Shown one piece after another: positions 13,720-26,832 of a stretch of DNA of 64,000 nucleotides. This DNA comes from Octopus sinensis (taxonomy: Eukaryota): contig NC_043000.1 in assembly GCF_006345805.1 (NCBI RefSeq), forward strand, positions 67,394,001 through 67,458,000. The letters run 5' to 3'. Numbering within the stretch: position 1 is the stretch's first letter; each line of letters begins with the position of its first letter. Made by a program: the position numbers and the translations under genes. The notes beneath the pieces were generated by a model, which did no database searches, had not been told where the DNA came from, and saw only the letters and a program-made list of their open reading frames with translations.

Positions 13720-14268
13720 TGAGAACGCAGCAAAAATAAGGTTATATGTGCATCTATCAAATGTGTATCTATCAATTACGATCTATCAATTACACTGATA
13801 GATACACATTTGAAAATAGTTTTGTTCCATTGGTCTTTTCAATTAACGGTCTTTGTAGTAATCGGTTTTATGAAATTACAATTATGATTTAAAATCATAT
13901 TATTAAAATCGAAGAAAACCTTAAATCAAAAATTAGCTTTAGTAGAAGGAAAAATCCTGTATACCCTGTGTTTAAACGTTTAAAAGGACTTATCTTTTTA
14001 ATTAATTTAAAATTAAAATTATTTTACCATCAATTAATTTACCTTGGGTATACAGGCTTTTTCTTTCTACTAAAGCTAATTTTTGATTTAAGGTTTTCTT
14101 CGATTTTTTATAACAATATGATTTTATATCGTAATTGTAATTTCATATAACCGGTTATTGAAAAGACTATTAGTTGAAAGGACCAATGAGACAAAACCAT
14201 TTTCAAATGTTATCTATCAATGTAATTGTATATTTATACATATAACCTTATTTTTGTTCTATTCTCAA
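13720..14268. repeat. Long imperfect inverted repeat (arms ~13720-13968 and ~14044-14268)
   Basis: AAATCGAAGAAAACCTTAAATCAAAATTAGCTTTAGTAGAA is matched by TTCTACTAAAGCTAATTTTTGATTTAAGGTTTTCTTCGATTT, and the match extends out to TGAGAA/TTCTCA. Confidence 0.9.
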
Positions 14269-14499
14269 CCAAAACTGTCCGACGGACGGGAACGCGAAGC
14301 TCTGAGTAACAGAGTTTGTGATGTCTTTGCAGCTTTATTAGTAAAGCATATTACTCTACCTCGGGTATTCGAGTACTATTTTTCCCACCTCGTTTCATAT
14401 TTATGTGCTTACTTTGGTGTAACTCGCTCCTTTTTAAGAAAGTTTGAGCGACTCTCCACAAGTAAGAAGAAATTGTTTAAAGAAATAGAACTCCACCCA

Positions 14500-15870
14500 T
14501 TGGATTTTTCCCTAAACAACATACCTATCCCGGCGCAAAAGCAATACCTCAAAAGTCTTATTGGAAAAACGGAAGATTTTATCCGAAGAATGAGATAGAA
14601 AGGATACTTCTTTGACATGGAACAGCTAATTAAGATCTTCTAAAAACCCATCACACAAAACAGCAAATTTAGATCTTCTAAAAACCCATCACCTATTTCG
14701 AAATTAGAAGCTTTAGAAAAAGAACTATTTTTTAGCTTATTAGAAGATTAAAATTCTACAAATTCAACAATCTATTCCAGAGAGATAGGAAAGAAAAAAA
14801 TTAGAAACATAAAGAACTCGAATAAGATTTTCGTAAACTCCGACAAAGCAAAAAACCTATACGCAGTTGACAAAGATGTTTATAAGCGTCTAATTTCGAA
14901 CAGTATTACAGACACCTACAAAAAAGATAACGCGAATTTATATAAAGTGGTGGATCTAGAATCAAGAAGAATTGCAAACAATTTTAAAGTTAATGATAGG
15001 ATAGAATGCCTCCCCCTCCCCGCGCCCACCCTTTATTAACCTAAAAGACCACAAAGCTAATTTCAATAGAAAACCCAAATGTAGACTAATTAACCTAGCT
15101 AAAACTGAAATAGGCATTATTAGCAAAAAATTTTAGATTCTATTTTAAACAAGTTAAATAGAGAATTATATCTACGGATTTGGGGAAATAGTAAGTCAGT
15201 GATCGATTGGTTCAAAGGAATTAGCTATTAGTACAACTGCAAATTTACGCAGTTCGATAGTGTCGATTTTTACCTGTCAATATCCAGGCCTTTACTTCTT
15301 AAAGCATTAGACTTTGCCAAGCAGTATGTCACAATTGATAACTCGGATTTAGATATTATCCTTCATGCTAGGAAATCCCTCCTTTTTTATGATGATTCCA
15401 CCTCGCGAGGATTCTTTATTCGTTGTACTGATGGCGGCATATAATGGGCTGGGTTGCGTATGCTTATAGGAGCCTATGTTTTACATAACCTGCCTCTAGA
15501 ATTTCCTTTTATAGATGCAGTATTATACAGGGATGACAGTCCTATAGTCAGCTGTGATTTAAACGGTCATGAGTTAGATAAACTTAGGAAGAATCTTATT
15601 ACTTTCTTCCAAAGAATAGGCTTACGGATAACGATAGAAAATAACCTTAATAATGTAGATTTCTTAGGTATTAACTTAGATTTGCAGTTAGATAAATTTA
15701 AAACCTATTTTAAGTCCAATGAAAAGCTACTTTGTATTAACAAATAATCAAATCATCCAACCGTAAGTCTTAAGAACCGAGTAGTATAAGAAGGCGTATA
15801 TCATCCATATCTTCAGACGAGACAGAGCTTCAAAATGCCGCTCAGTATTATAATAATGTATTAAGGGACA
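14500..15870 (+). mobile_element. Penelope-like element reverse transcriptase pseudogene
   Basis: [65 protein letters not shown] and VDFLGINLDL appear in the expected order. Confidence 0.9.
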
Positions 15871-15887
15871 GTAGATTGTCTGCATGC

Positions 15888-15929
<42 letters not shown>

Positions 15930-16130
15930 GCATGCGTATATATGTATCTTGATGTTAATATATGTATGTAGATATATATATCTACGTATATGTTTATTTG
16001 TATATTTGTATGCGTGTCTACATGTGTGTTACTATTGCATGTATGTATGTATTTATGTAGATATGCATGTCTTTTTATATGTGTGCGTTTGCAAGCTTAC
16101 TGAAGTTATATACTTTTGGGGAACGCCAAC

Positions 16131-16470
<340 letters not shown>

Positions 16471-16585
16471 GGCGTAGGGGTGGGTGTGGGTTCAGTCCCA
16501 CTGCAGTGCACCTTGGGCATGTGTCTTCAACTATAGCCTCGGGCCGACCAAAGCCTTGTGAGTCAATTTGGTAGGCGGAAACTGA

Positions 16586-16620
<35 letters not shown>

Positions 16621-16860
16621 TGTATGTATGTATGTATATATGTGTGCGTGTATATGGTTGTGTGTCTGTGTTTGCCCCCCCCCCAACATCGCTTGACAAC
16701 CGATGCTGGTGTGTTTACGGCTCCGTAACTTAGTGGTTCGGCATAAGATACCGATTGAATAAGTACTAGGCTTACAAAGAATAAGTCCTGGGATCGATTT
16801 GCTCCAGCATGGCCACAGTCACATGACTGAAACAAGTAAAAGAGTCTAAAAGTAAAAGAG
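16471..16860 (+). mobile_element. SINE family B with internal (TATG)n microsatellite
   Basis: Head GGGTTCAGTCCCACTGC..CACCTTGGGCA, central microsatellite, tail CCAGCATGGCCACAGTC..GAAACAAGTAAAAGAG. Confidence 0.85.
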
Positions 16861-16945
16861 TAATACTATTATCTTACTAAAACATATATCGATGTATATA
16901 GGTATATATATATATAATATATATGTGTGTGTGTGTGTGTGTGTA

Positions 16946-17485
16946 TCTATTATATAAAATCCATTCTGTCTGTCTGTGTGTGTGTCTTCTAGGATCTCGG
17001 GCATCCTCCATCCGATTGCGCTCAAATTTGATATGTAAATACCGACGGTATCAGGGCGAGTATAAGTCTTGAAAAAATTACAAAAATCGATTCCAGGTGA
17101 GAAAGCGATCGATAAAGCCGTGGGAACGTGCATTTGTACTCGCAAGTACATCAGCGTACGCAGGAAAAATGCACGTGTAGTTTGCGCAAAAAAGCCGGCT
17201 GGCTTGAAATAATGCCACAAAATGCAGTATATTTAAGAGACCCCAAAAGTCAAATGCAAAAGAAATATTTTTTTCAAACTTGGCGTGAAGGAATGAAAGA
17301 CTATTTGGTTTCTCAAGATATTTTTTTTGCCTTAACGTCGTTTAACAAAACCCAAAATTTTATTGAAATAAAGGCATTCTTAATTATTTTTAATGAAAAG
17401 AAAACACTGATTGCTTTTTATTCAGCAAATATAATTCAGCAAATATAATTCAGCACCGTCCATTGGACGGGGGGCGTTTTGCTCG
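16946..17485 (+). mobile_element. Non-autonomous Helitron-like element
   Basis: A|TCTATTATATAAA 5' end, (TCTG)n, subterminal hairpin CCGTCCA-T-TGGACGG, and a CTCG|T end (variant of CTRR). Confidence 0.7.
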
Positions 17486-17493
17486 TATATATA

Positions 17494-17541
<48 letters not shown>

Positions 17542-17857
17542 GAGAGGGAGGGGAGAGGAATTATATAGACATATATCTGGGGCGAAAACAAACAACAACA
17601 ATGCATCGCTTAGTTTCGTGGGTAGATAATGAGATATTCAGGGCCGAAGTGCTGAGTGCACTACTTGGCAAACGGGTTTGCAGCTAATAAAAACAGCAAC
17701 AGCAGCAACAACAACAACAACAACCACAACTACACCAACACCAACAACAACAACAATAATAATTTATACAACATAACATTGAGTGGGATAGAAAAAACAC
17801 TTTCTAGAAAATAATAGCCCCAGTATTAAAAAAATGTCGGTTAAAAAATAAAATGAA

Positions 17858-19205
17858 CTAGCAGAGTTACCCGGCGTTGCCCGTGTTACATGCAATTGAA
17901 GAATTAGACTTTTCTGTTATATTTTCTGTAATGAACTGGAATACCTATGTTTCGAATTTCATCAAAATTGCAGATGAGGGTTATTTCCCCTCTTTACACA
18001 CCCTAAAAAAATTGTAATCGTGCCCCATGTATCCCATACGACTGATTTTTATGTGCATATTCCAAAATTACAGTGACCCAACTGAAATAAACATTAACAA
18101 CTGTGTGACGTGAGGGCTAAGGAGAAATGAAAGTTGGAGTTTGCAAATGACCACTATACTGATACGTAACTGGACAGAATAAATTTGCAATCTATAAATG
18201 TCTTTGAATAACCAGTCACTCATCTGGGAAGGCCTTGAAATCAATGTTACCATGTGGGGACTATGTGTGACCCAGTGATAATAAAAAGACTGAAAGGAGG
18301 TTTGCAATAAAATAACTTTACTCAACACTTTGCAACTGAATCAGTGGAAGCAAAGATACCTCTCATTTACTTGACAATTATGCAGCACATTGCAGAAATC
18401 ACAATCTAAGTGTATGTCAAAGCAAACTCTTACACTGTTGTACCATTGAATTACAAATAATGCTCATCTTTTATGCTCGGGTGACCTACGGCTTCCAAGA
18501 GTACAACTGTATTCGTCTTTGCTTAGATAAAGTGACTAAATTGTGGGTGTTAAGTCCCCATGAAGGGGTCTTTGTAACTTGTAAGAAGATGAAATTTTAT
18601 AAATATTACTTCATTTGTATCTAAATATATGAATTTTCATGGGGTTATGGCCCTTATGCATAGAATATAATTTCCAAATTTCCTAAAGATCCATTTAGTA
18701 CTTTTGGCGTAGTTTTGGATCATAAAAGAAATGACTAAAATATAACAGAAAAAGTCTAATTCTTCAATTGCATGTAACACAGGCAACGCCGGGTAACTCT
18801 GCTAGTTAACTTTATTTTTTAACCGACAAAATTAGGGTGTCTTAGAATACTCATGTGAAGTGGAAACTTTGGGAATACTTCTTGATGAGTCAATTACCCA
18901 TGGTTGAAATTTCATCGACATCGAAAATTGATGAATTTTCATGGGGGTTCTTCCCCCTTTAAGCCATCTGAAATTCAAACCAAACATATTGCATTATACC
19001 CGCCTTTATGCATTGAATGTAAGTTTCAAATATAATAAGGATCCAGTCAATAGTTTTGGTCCATGAAATTGTATGAAGCACGCAGCATTACCCTTCTCCC
19101 TAGGCTTGAATTTTGTGTTCCAAATTTCATTATGATCGGTGCAGCAGTTTTCGAATGTATAAGTAACACATGAACACATAAAGACATTGACTTTGATATA
19201 GTAGA
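17858..19205 (-). mobile_element. Non-autonomous Helitron-like element
   Basis: Minus strand starts A|TCTACTATATCAAAG at 19205 and ends with a GC-rich CGGGCAACGCCGGG hairpin then CTAG|T at 17858. Confidence 0.7.
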
Positions 19206-19242
19206 TATGAATTTGCACATTATACATACATGTATGTATACA

Positions 19243-19299
<57 letters not shown>

Positions 19300-19303
<4 letters not shown>

Positions 19304-19519
19304 GGGGATGCTGAAAAGTTCCTCGCTTTGGGTAAAAGAAAATTCTGGAGGATCGGTTAAATTATGAGTTTATTCAACATGTTTTCCTCTCAGATTCACA
19401 CACTTACTGCAGTGGTCTTTCAGTTTTTCTAAGCCATGCAAAAGAACTCTGAAGGTTGGGCCTCCAACCAGGCCTTTAGTGATACTTTGAACCCAGGAAC
19501 TTTTCAGCACCCCATCGTA
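19300..19519. mobile_element. Mariner-derived MITE
   Basis: Terminal inverted repeats GGGGATGCTGAAAAGTTCCT / AGGAACTTTTCAGCACCCCATCGTA; the minus-strand interior GLEKLKDHCSKCVNLRGKHVE resembles a mariner C-terminus. Confidence 0.8.
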
Positions 19520-21959
19520 TACACATATGCGGACTGGTGTGGGACAATATATGGAAGGTGTGAAAAGTTGTGTGTGTGTGTGTGTGTGTGGTGTGTGTGT
19601 GTGTGTGTGCGTGCGAGAATGCCTGTGGCTGCCAAGTTCTTCACCGCTCTCAGTATTAGCGCCATCTAAACCACCTCGCATGGTTAACTTAGAATTTTCT
19701 TTGATTGTAGCAGTTTGAGAGTTGATCTTACCTCCTTTTCTTTAGATATTCTAACTACAAAATTTTTCGTTCTTTCTTTCTTTCCTTCTTTATTTATTTA
19801 TTTATTTCGCTTATAAAATAAAAATGATGGTCTTCTACTATAAAAAGATTACATAGTTGTGCTGTAAAACACTCAATCAAAGGATACGAGTAAATAATAA
19901 TGGATTGAATTTCTATTTCCTTCCGGTAGTGAAACACGTGTAAAATTTATGTAATTTATGACGATGTAATAAAAAAGAACAACTTAAAACAACTCACCAG
20001 AATTATTGGATATACACTCGGTAAACTATTTAAATGTGCGTAATACCAAAAGAAAACCGGAAGAAAAACCATGCTTGATACTCGATAGGAATTAGGATAA
20101 TAGCAATTTACATGAAGTTCTAAACATTGGTTAACTGTTATCTCATTCAAAATTACAATTTTTCAATACATGTATGTATGTATGTATGTATGTATGTATG
20201 TATGTATGTTTGTATGTACCTGCAGATCACTAAATGGGAAGCTGGGTTGAAAAAATATAATTCTAAGAACATAAAAGCGTCATTAATGTGGGGTAACCAA
20301 ATGATAGAATTTCTTTTTCCCCCTATTTTATGCATTGATTTTAATAATTAGTTTTTGTCATTTTTAAAAAGACAACAGAAAAGCTCGTAAAGAGTTAACT
20401 GGGTAGTCATTTTCGTGTAATTACCCCTATACCATAATCAATAGGACAATTATTGATTTCTTAACATAGGTGCAAAACGACAAAATGGAGATGAGCATGA
20501 TGCAGTTATTTACTCGGCTTAATTCATCCCTAAGAAGAAAACGAGTTTATTTTAGTGATATTTGAACTCAGAATACTCATTTTATCTGTGATCATTTTGG
20601 ATGTTGATCACACATATTAGCAAAATCAATTTGTTTGGTTGATTCTGCCTTTCGTTTCTATATCAGATTCTATCGCAAAATCTGCTCCTGAAAAATAGCA
20701 ACATTCGACTTAGTTTTAACAGGTCATCAAAATTTCTTACTATCTGTTGTTTTGTTTTGTTTCTGACGGTGCGAAACGGAGATTTAGCTTAAGTTTTTTT
20801 ATGCATATCTGAAAAAAAAAAGACAAAAAGTAAATAAAATTACTCATCTACTGTTCAGCTTTATAATACCAGTCATACACAGAATAAATAATTAAAATCT
20901 AAAATTCATTTCTTCAGACGATAGATTGTAAGGAAGCTATACCCGGGTTCCTTAAAAATGACCCGAATACCTTAATCGGAGATGCCAAGATTGGGGTTAA
21001 ACAACAACAAAATACATCCAGAATATTAAACAAAAGGCAAAGATAAAATCAACTAATTTTTGAAACCTTATCGTTAGCATCCATATGTCAATAAAGGATT
21101 GTCGTAGTTATTTGAATGTGTTAGCAGTATCAGAAAATTGAATCCTTACCTGCTGAACTTTGTATGCCCTATAAGCCAATGTTTGTGATTGTATTGAGTA
21201 AGTAGTCGTAACTGGAAGAAGGGACGGCTTTGAATACTCTTGCATTGGCCCTTTCCAAGAGACATACCACCTCACCAACATTAGTGATATGAGGGTTGTG
21301 ATGGAATGTTACCATGAAAACTTGATAAGTTTTACTCTGTCGTTATTTAGCAGAAAATCAGCTCAGATTAGGGAGATCTTCGATCAAAGCCTCCCAACCA
21401 TAGCTATCTTATTTTATTTTCAGACAATGCATCTATATCAACATTATCCACTCTTTTCTTATTAATTTGAAGGCAATGTGTGATTTTATGAAAATTTGAA
21501 AGCCATTCCTTGCTTGCCGCACAACTATGACACCATAGGTTGACTACAGTAGAATTGTAGTTAACTATCGAACAGATATTAAAGTTACCGAATTGATGTT
21601 GTAAGAATTTCTCAGATTCACTTATGTGAAGTTAATCAAATGGTAATGAGCCACCCAGTTTATACAAATCCCAAATTGCTATTTGTAAGGTCTACTTAGA
21701 TAAAAGATTCAGAATGCTTTGTTTCGGGAATGGGAAGTCTACATGCAATAAATTTTATTGGAATTTTATCGATTAGGGATACTGTATGTGTACAACACGA
21801 ATCGCAACTTCCCACCCCTCTCTTCATCTTTCGCGATCATCAACTAGCAAGCTGAAACTTACACTGTCTTTTACTTTATCCCTTACTTAATGTTACTTAA
21901 CAACTCCCTTCATGATTTATACTACTTACATAATAAAGGATAAAATACAATTTAAACTA

Positions 21960-22425
21960 TAAACGTGGGACTTGAAGAAAACAAGATAAAGCAAGATAAA
22001 AAAAAAATGAACTCCAGATATTTATAAAATACAATATCACATTAACCGACAGTAGTGAGGCTTAAGCAAGAGATCCTGGTTCAAAAATACAGTTTAAAAA
22101 ATATTTTGAAAAATGCCAACTCTTCTATGAACAAAATCGATTTTATCCTCAGCCTAAAGAAAAACTGCCGGAAATTAAGCAAAAGAATACTGAAAGAATA
22201 AACAAACGAAAAGAAGATAAAAGAGGTCTAAGAAACAATGGGTAACGATAAATAAACAACACAAGAGAGTGTTGAGGATAGAAAAGAAACATTCCGAAGT
22301 AGAAGGTTGGCAGATGTAACAAAAGAAGAAATCCTCAAAGAAGTTAATTCAAATTATCAATTGGAAAGCTCCTAGTATTGATAAATTGTTTAACTTCTGA
22401 CTCAAACATTTAACAAATGCACAAA
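21960..22425 (+). mobile_element. Old R4/Dong-like fragment (pre-RT and RT domain 0)
   Basis: NWKAPSIDKLFNF*LKHLT matches the NWKAPG.D...NFWLK.LT motif. Confidence 0.7.
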
Positions 22426-22879
22426 GCAAAGTTTATAGTGCCACCATTAAGAGGAAAGCTTTAAGACAGCTACTCTGACTTTATATAAGTAAATACAGAT
22501 TAGTTAAGGAATATAAAAAAGAAAAAAGGACCATCAAGTTTTTTAACAGATTTTTTTTTGCTAATCATCAACGTCATGTGTCGTTTGCTTTCAATAAGTT
22601 CAATACCATGGCATACCATTTCAGTCTCTTTTCTAGTATCTTTATACATTCACTGTATTTTGATTCACGCCGATTCTTGCTTTTATCCGACCGCATAATT
22701 CTTACTTCTTTCTTCCTCTCCTATCATTCCTTCTGAAAACTCATTTTTTGTCTTTTTTTCATATAAGAGAGAGTCCAAAGTATTTTAATTTTCTCTCTTT
22801 GGTAGCGTCACAAATTTTTACAACGAAAATTTGAAAAAGATCATCTTCGTCATCATCATCGTCGTCGTCGTTGTTATTA

Positions 22880-23090
22880 AGGAGGCGAACTGGTGGAATT
22901 GTTACTACACCAAACAAAATACTATGCGGCTTTACGATCTGAGTTCAGATGCTGCCAAGGTTGACTCTACTTTTTATCCTTCCAGGATCGATAAAATAAG
23001 TACCAATTCAGAAGTGGGATCGTTGTAGCCTATTTGTTCACTTCCCCCAAATTTCAGGCCTTGTGCCTATATTTGAAACAGTTATTATTA
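22880..23090 (+). mobile_element. SINE family A, decayed
   Basis: GAGTTCAGATGCTGCCAAGGTTGAC...GATCGATAAAATAAGTACC...AAATTTCAGGCCTTGTGCC. Confidence 0.7.
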
Positions 23091-23479
23091 TGACATAAAT
23101 CTATCCTTCGCAAGGTGGCGCCCCAGCATGACCGCAGTCTAATGACTGAAACAAGTAAAAGGTAAAGGTAGGTAAAGGTAATCTATTATTCCAATTTTAC
23201 CTTTTTTTGCAAACTCACAATAACTGGAATATAGAAAAAGCGATATGAATAATCTTTTATCTTTTACTTGTTTCAGTTACTGGACTGCAGCCATGCTGGA
23301 GTGCTTCCTTAAAAGGATTTGATCGAGCAGATCGATACCAGTGTTTACTTTTGAAGTTTAGTACTTTTTGACCGATCTCCTTTTGTCTAACCACTAGGAT
23401 GCGACGTAACCCAACACTAGGTGCCAAGCAATGATGAGGCAAAAACACAAACACAAAGACACGTACACACAAACACACA

Positions 23480-23537
<58 letters not shown>

Positions 23538-23550
23538 TACGTATTTATAT

Positions 23551-24021
23551 AGGCGCAGGTGTGGATATGTTGTAAGAAGTTTGCTTCCCAACCACATGGT
23601 TTCCGGTTCAGCCGCACTGCGCGGTACCTTGAGCTAGTGTCTTCTACTATGGCCTCGGGCCAAAGCCTTGTGAGTGCAAAACTGAAAGAAGCTCGTCGCT
23701 TAAGCCTAAGCATTGCTTGGTGCTGATACTGCTAAGTTTCTTCCTAACTGGCGGTCAAATGGCGCAACTCAGTCAATGTTGTTGACTGTGTTATTGATAA
23801 AGTTACGACTTTAATTCAGTCCAGAGTTCTCTCTCTTCGGTATTTCCCGTTGATAACGGCTAAAGAGCTAGAAACGCGTCTGGTAATCCGACATGGGGTC
23901 GCACTGGACAGATATGGTATTTTTACCATATGAGATAATATTTTTTCCACAGTAATTGCAATGAACTTGCCTTTAGAAGTTGAAATATGTCGCAAACATA
24001 TTTTAACCAACCCAAAGTTTA

Positions 24022-24066
<45 letters not shown>

Positions 24067-24815
24067 ACACACATAGACACACACACACACACACACACAC
24101 GCACATATATATATATGAAGCACTCCGTCGGTTACGACGACGAGGGTTCCGGTTGATCCGATCAACGGAACAGCCTGCTCGTGAAATTAACGTGTAAGTG
24201 GCTGAGCATTCCACAGACACGTGTACCCTTAACGTAATTCTTGGAGATATTCAGCGTGACACAGATAGTGACAAGGCCGGCCCTTTGAAATACAGGTACA
24301 ACAGAAACAGGAAGTAAGAGTGAGAGAAAGTTGTGGTGAAAGAGTACAGCAGGGATCACCACCATCCACTGCCGGAGCCTCGTGGAGCTTTAGGTGTTTT
24401 CGCTCGATAAACACTCACAACGCCCGGTCTGGGAATCGAAACCGCGATCCTACGACCACGAGTCCGCTGCCCTAACCACTGGGCCATTGCGCCTCCACAA
24501 TATATATATATATATATATATACGTATGTATGTATGTATGTATGTATGTATGTATGTATGTATGTATGTATATGTGTGTGTGCGTGTGCGCGTGAATATA
24601 CGTGTGTGTGACTGTGTCTATGTCCACCACCACCGCTTGACAACTTGTGTTGGTGTGTTTACATCTCTATAACTTAGCAGCTCGGCGAATGAGACCGATA
24701 AAATAAGTATCTGGTTTAAAAAAATAAGTCCTAGGGTTGATTCGTTCGACTAAAATCCTTCAAGGAGGTGCTCCAGCATATCCACAATCTAATGACTGAG
24801 ACAAGTAAAAGATAA
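23551..24815 (+). mobile_element. SINE family B split by nested insertions (head 23551-23700, tail 24590-24815)
   Basis: Head GGCGCAGGTGTGG..GTAAGAAGTTTGCTTCCCAACCACATGG; tail ends GAGACAAGTAAAAGATAAAG. Confidence 0.7.
24117..24496 (-). mobile_element. tRNA-derived SINE, family C variant 1, well preserved
   Basis: A box TGGCCCAGTGGTTAGG, B box GGTTTCGATTCC; 3' half shared with 13226-13536. Confidence 0.85.
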
Positions 24816-26633
24816 AGATATATATATATATATATATATATCGACGACGAGCTCCCACATAATTTCCGTCTACCAAATTCTCTCACATGGAATTGGTCTG
24901 TCTGGAACCCGAAACCATGTGGTTGTAAAGCAAGCTTCTTGACTACCACAGTGAGCTTCTTAACCACACAACCGTGTCAAATACAATTAATAACATAAGC
25001 AATGAAAAGTAGGAACTGGGTATGATGATGGTAATTTTTAGCTGTTGTTGACGTTGTCATTATTGTTGTTTAATTTCAAGCTTACCCTATTAAGTAAACC
25101 AGAGGCTGCATCGAAGGTTTGTTTTAGTCCCTGTCCAGCCTTCAACGAGCAGACTCATGATCTGAGGAATTTCAGATATGACCACCTCGACTTTTCGTTT
25201 GGATTTTTTTTCTTTTTGAGACGTTAGGGCAGTCATTGCACACTTGTGCTATGCTATGTAGCTAGATGTCTGTGTGTTATTTATTAAGTAAAGATGTATA
25301 TAATAATTTTCTATAGTTTGAATTATATATAAATATTTGTTTTCATATTTATAAATATATAGAAATAGCTATTTACACACAATTCTAGATTTTTAAAAAT
25401 GCACTTGTGCATAAAAATATCTTTATTTGCTCTAATATGTGACGCGAGAAAAAAAGATTTGGTAACACTGAGGTAAGTTTAAGGGAAATTCAGCTGTTAT
25501 TTCTTGCAGGGTGAGTGACAGCGTAACACTCTTTTGTTGGTTCAGTTTCCCTCGGTTCTATTTTTTTTTTTTTAAACTGTAGAGAGGAGGGATAACAAAA
25601 AAGAAAAAGAGAAAAACTATTCTGTCTTTACATCCTTTTCATTAAATAACAATGTTTGGATAAATCTTTACCACGACAGAGAAAGAAGACGTGCTAACCA
25701 ACATCAGTCAACGGGTTATTGAAGCATAGCGTGACAGCTGCGACAATGTACGATGTTCAGTAGATGGGGAAGGCAACTACAATATGGTGTATAGTTAGTT
25801 GTATGACTGTACATTTGGCAGAGCTGCTACGCCATGCTTCGATTAGCAGTTGCTTGACGTTGAAGAGGGACACCTTTCCCTGTCATGTTAAAGTTTCACC
25901 GAACATGTCATCAAATATCTGTTTTCGTTGTTATTTGTTTAGTCGCATGTCAACCCTGATTGGCCAGATCTATGATGAAAGACATTCCAGTCCTCTGCTA
26001 TATCTAAGACTACACTCTCCGCGTTCCTTTCTGTCTTGAGACGGTAAGGCGTGATTTGACAGAATTAGGCTGCTGTTTATGTAGATATTTGGAAACACAA
26101 ATAGCATCAACATCGAGAAAAAGTCCCATAATATTCACCGTTCCTGTATGTTTAAAACAAATCTACCTGCATAAAATTGTGAAAGAATAGAATGGTAAAT
26201 ATTCCACCAATATTAGATATGAAGATTGAATCAGCAGAAAATTTGTGAGAGCCCATAGGGAATGCACAGAAATGCCTTAATGGACTCGCCTTTGGTTTTG
26301 GCCTAATCACACACAACCAAACTGAATTGAGGGACGTAATATGGAATTTTCCTTTCTATTACCGTGGAACAGTTAAAACCATGAGTCACCTATTGGGTTT
26401 TTCCATTATTGGATATTCTCTTTGTTGTTTCGATGATTTGAGAAATAAAACCAACATTGCAGAAGATTGTGAAGAAAAACAAAACTGGTTTAATTTAGAT
26501 ACAAAATAACAACCAAACATGAATTGCTACCTACGATTTGAAAGTGTTGTAGTTACAAAAATATTCTTCCACAGCTACAAAACTTTGTGAAGTGAAACTC
26601 TCACCCCCACCCCCCAATAAATTTCTATCTAAT

Positions 26634-26832
26634 AATCCTGTCTACTATAGGCACAAGTGCCTGAAATTTTAGGCGAAGGGTAAGTCGATTACATTGACAG
26701 CAGTGCTCCACAGATACTATTTCATCGGTTCAAAAAGGATGAAAAGCAAAGCTGATCTCGGCGAAATTTGAAAACTAAAAGTCGGACGAAATGCCGCAAA
26801 TAATTTAGTCCGGCATGCTAAGAATTCTGCCT
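26634..26832 (-). mobile_element. SINE family A with 16-bp target site duplication
   Basis: Flanked by TAAATTTCTATCTAAT (26618-26633) and TAAATTTCTATTTAAT (26833-26848). Confidence 0.85.

Larger units (their letters stand above)
23256..24975 (-). mobile_element. SINE family B split by nested insertions (tail 23256-23460, head 24840-24975)
   Basis: Reverse-complement tail at the left and reverse-complement head at the right. Confidence 0.6.

Noticed and set aside
14633-14692. Short local direct duplications (also near 12222, 17421, 33378 and 49680)
   Set aside because: Ordinary slippage-type duplications with no array structure
24420-24496. tRNA gene
   Set aside because: The A and B boxes run directly into a SINE body that is shared with another copy; it is a SINE head
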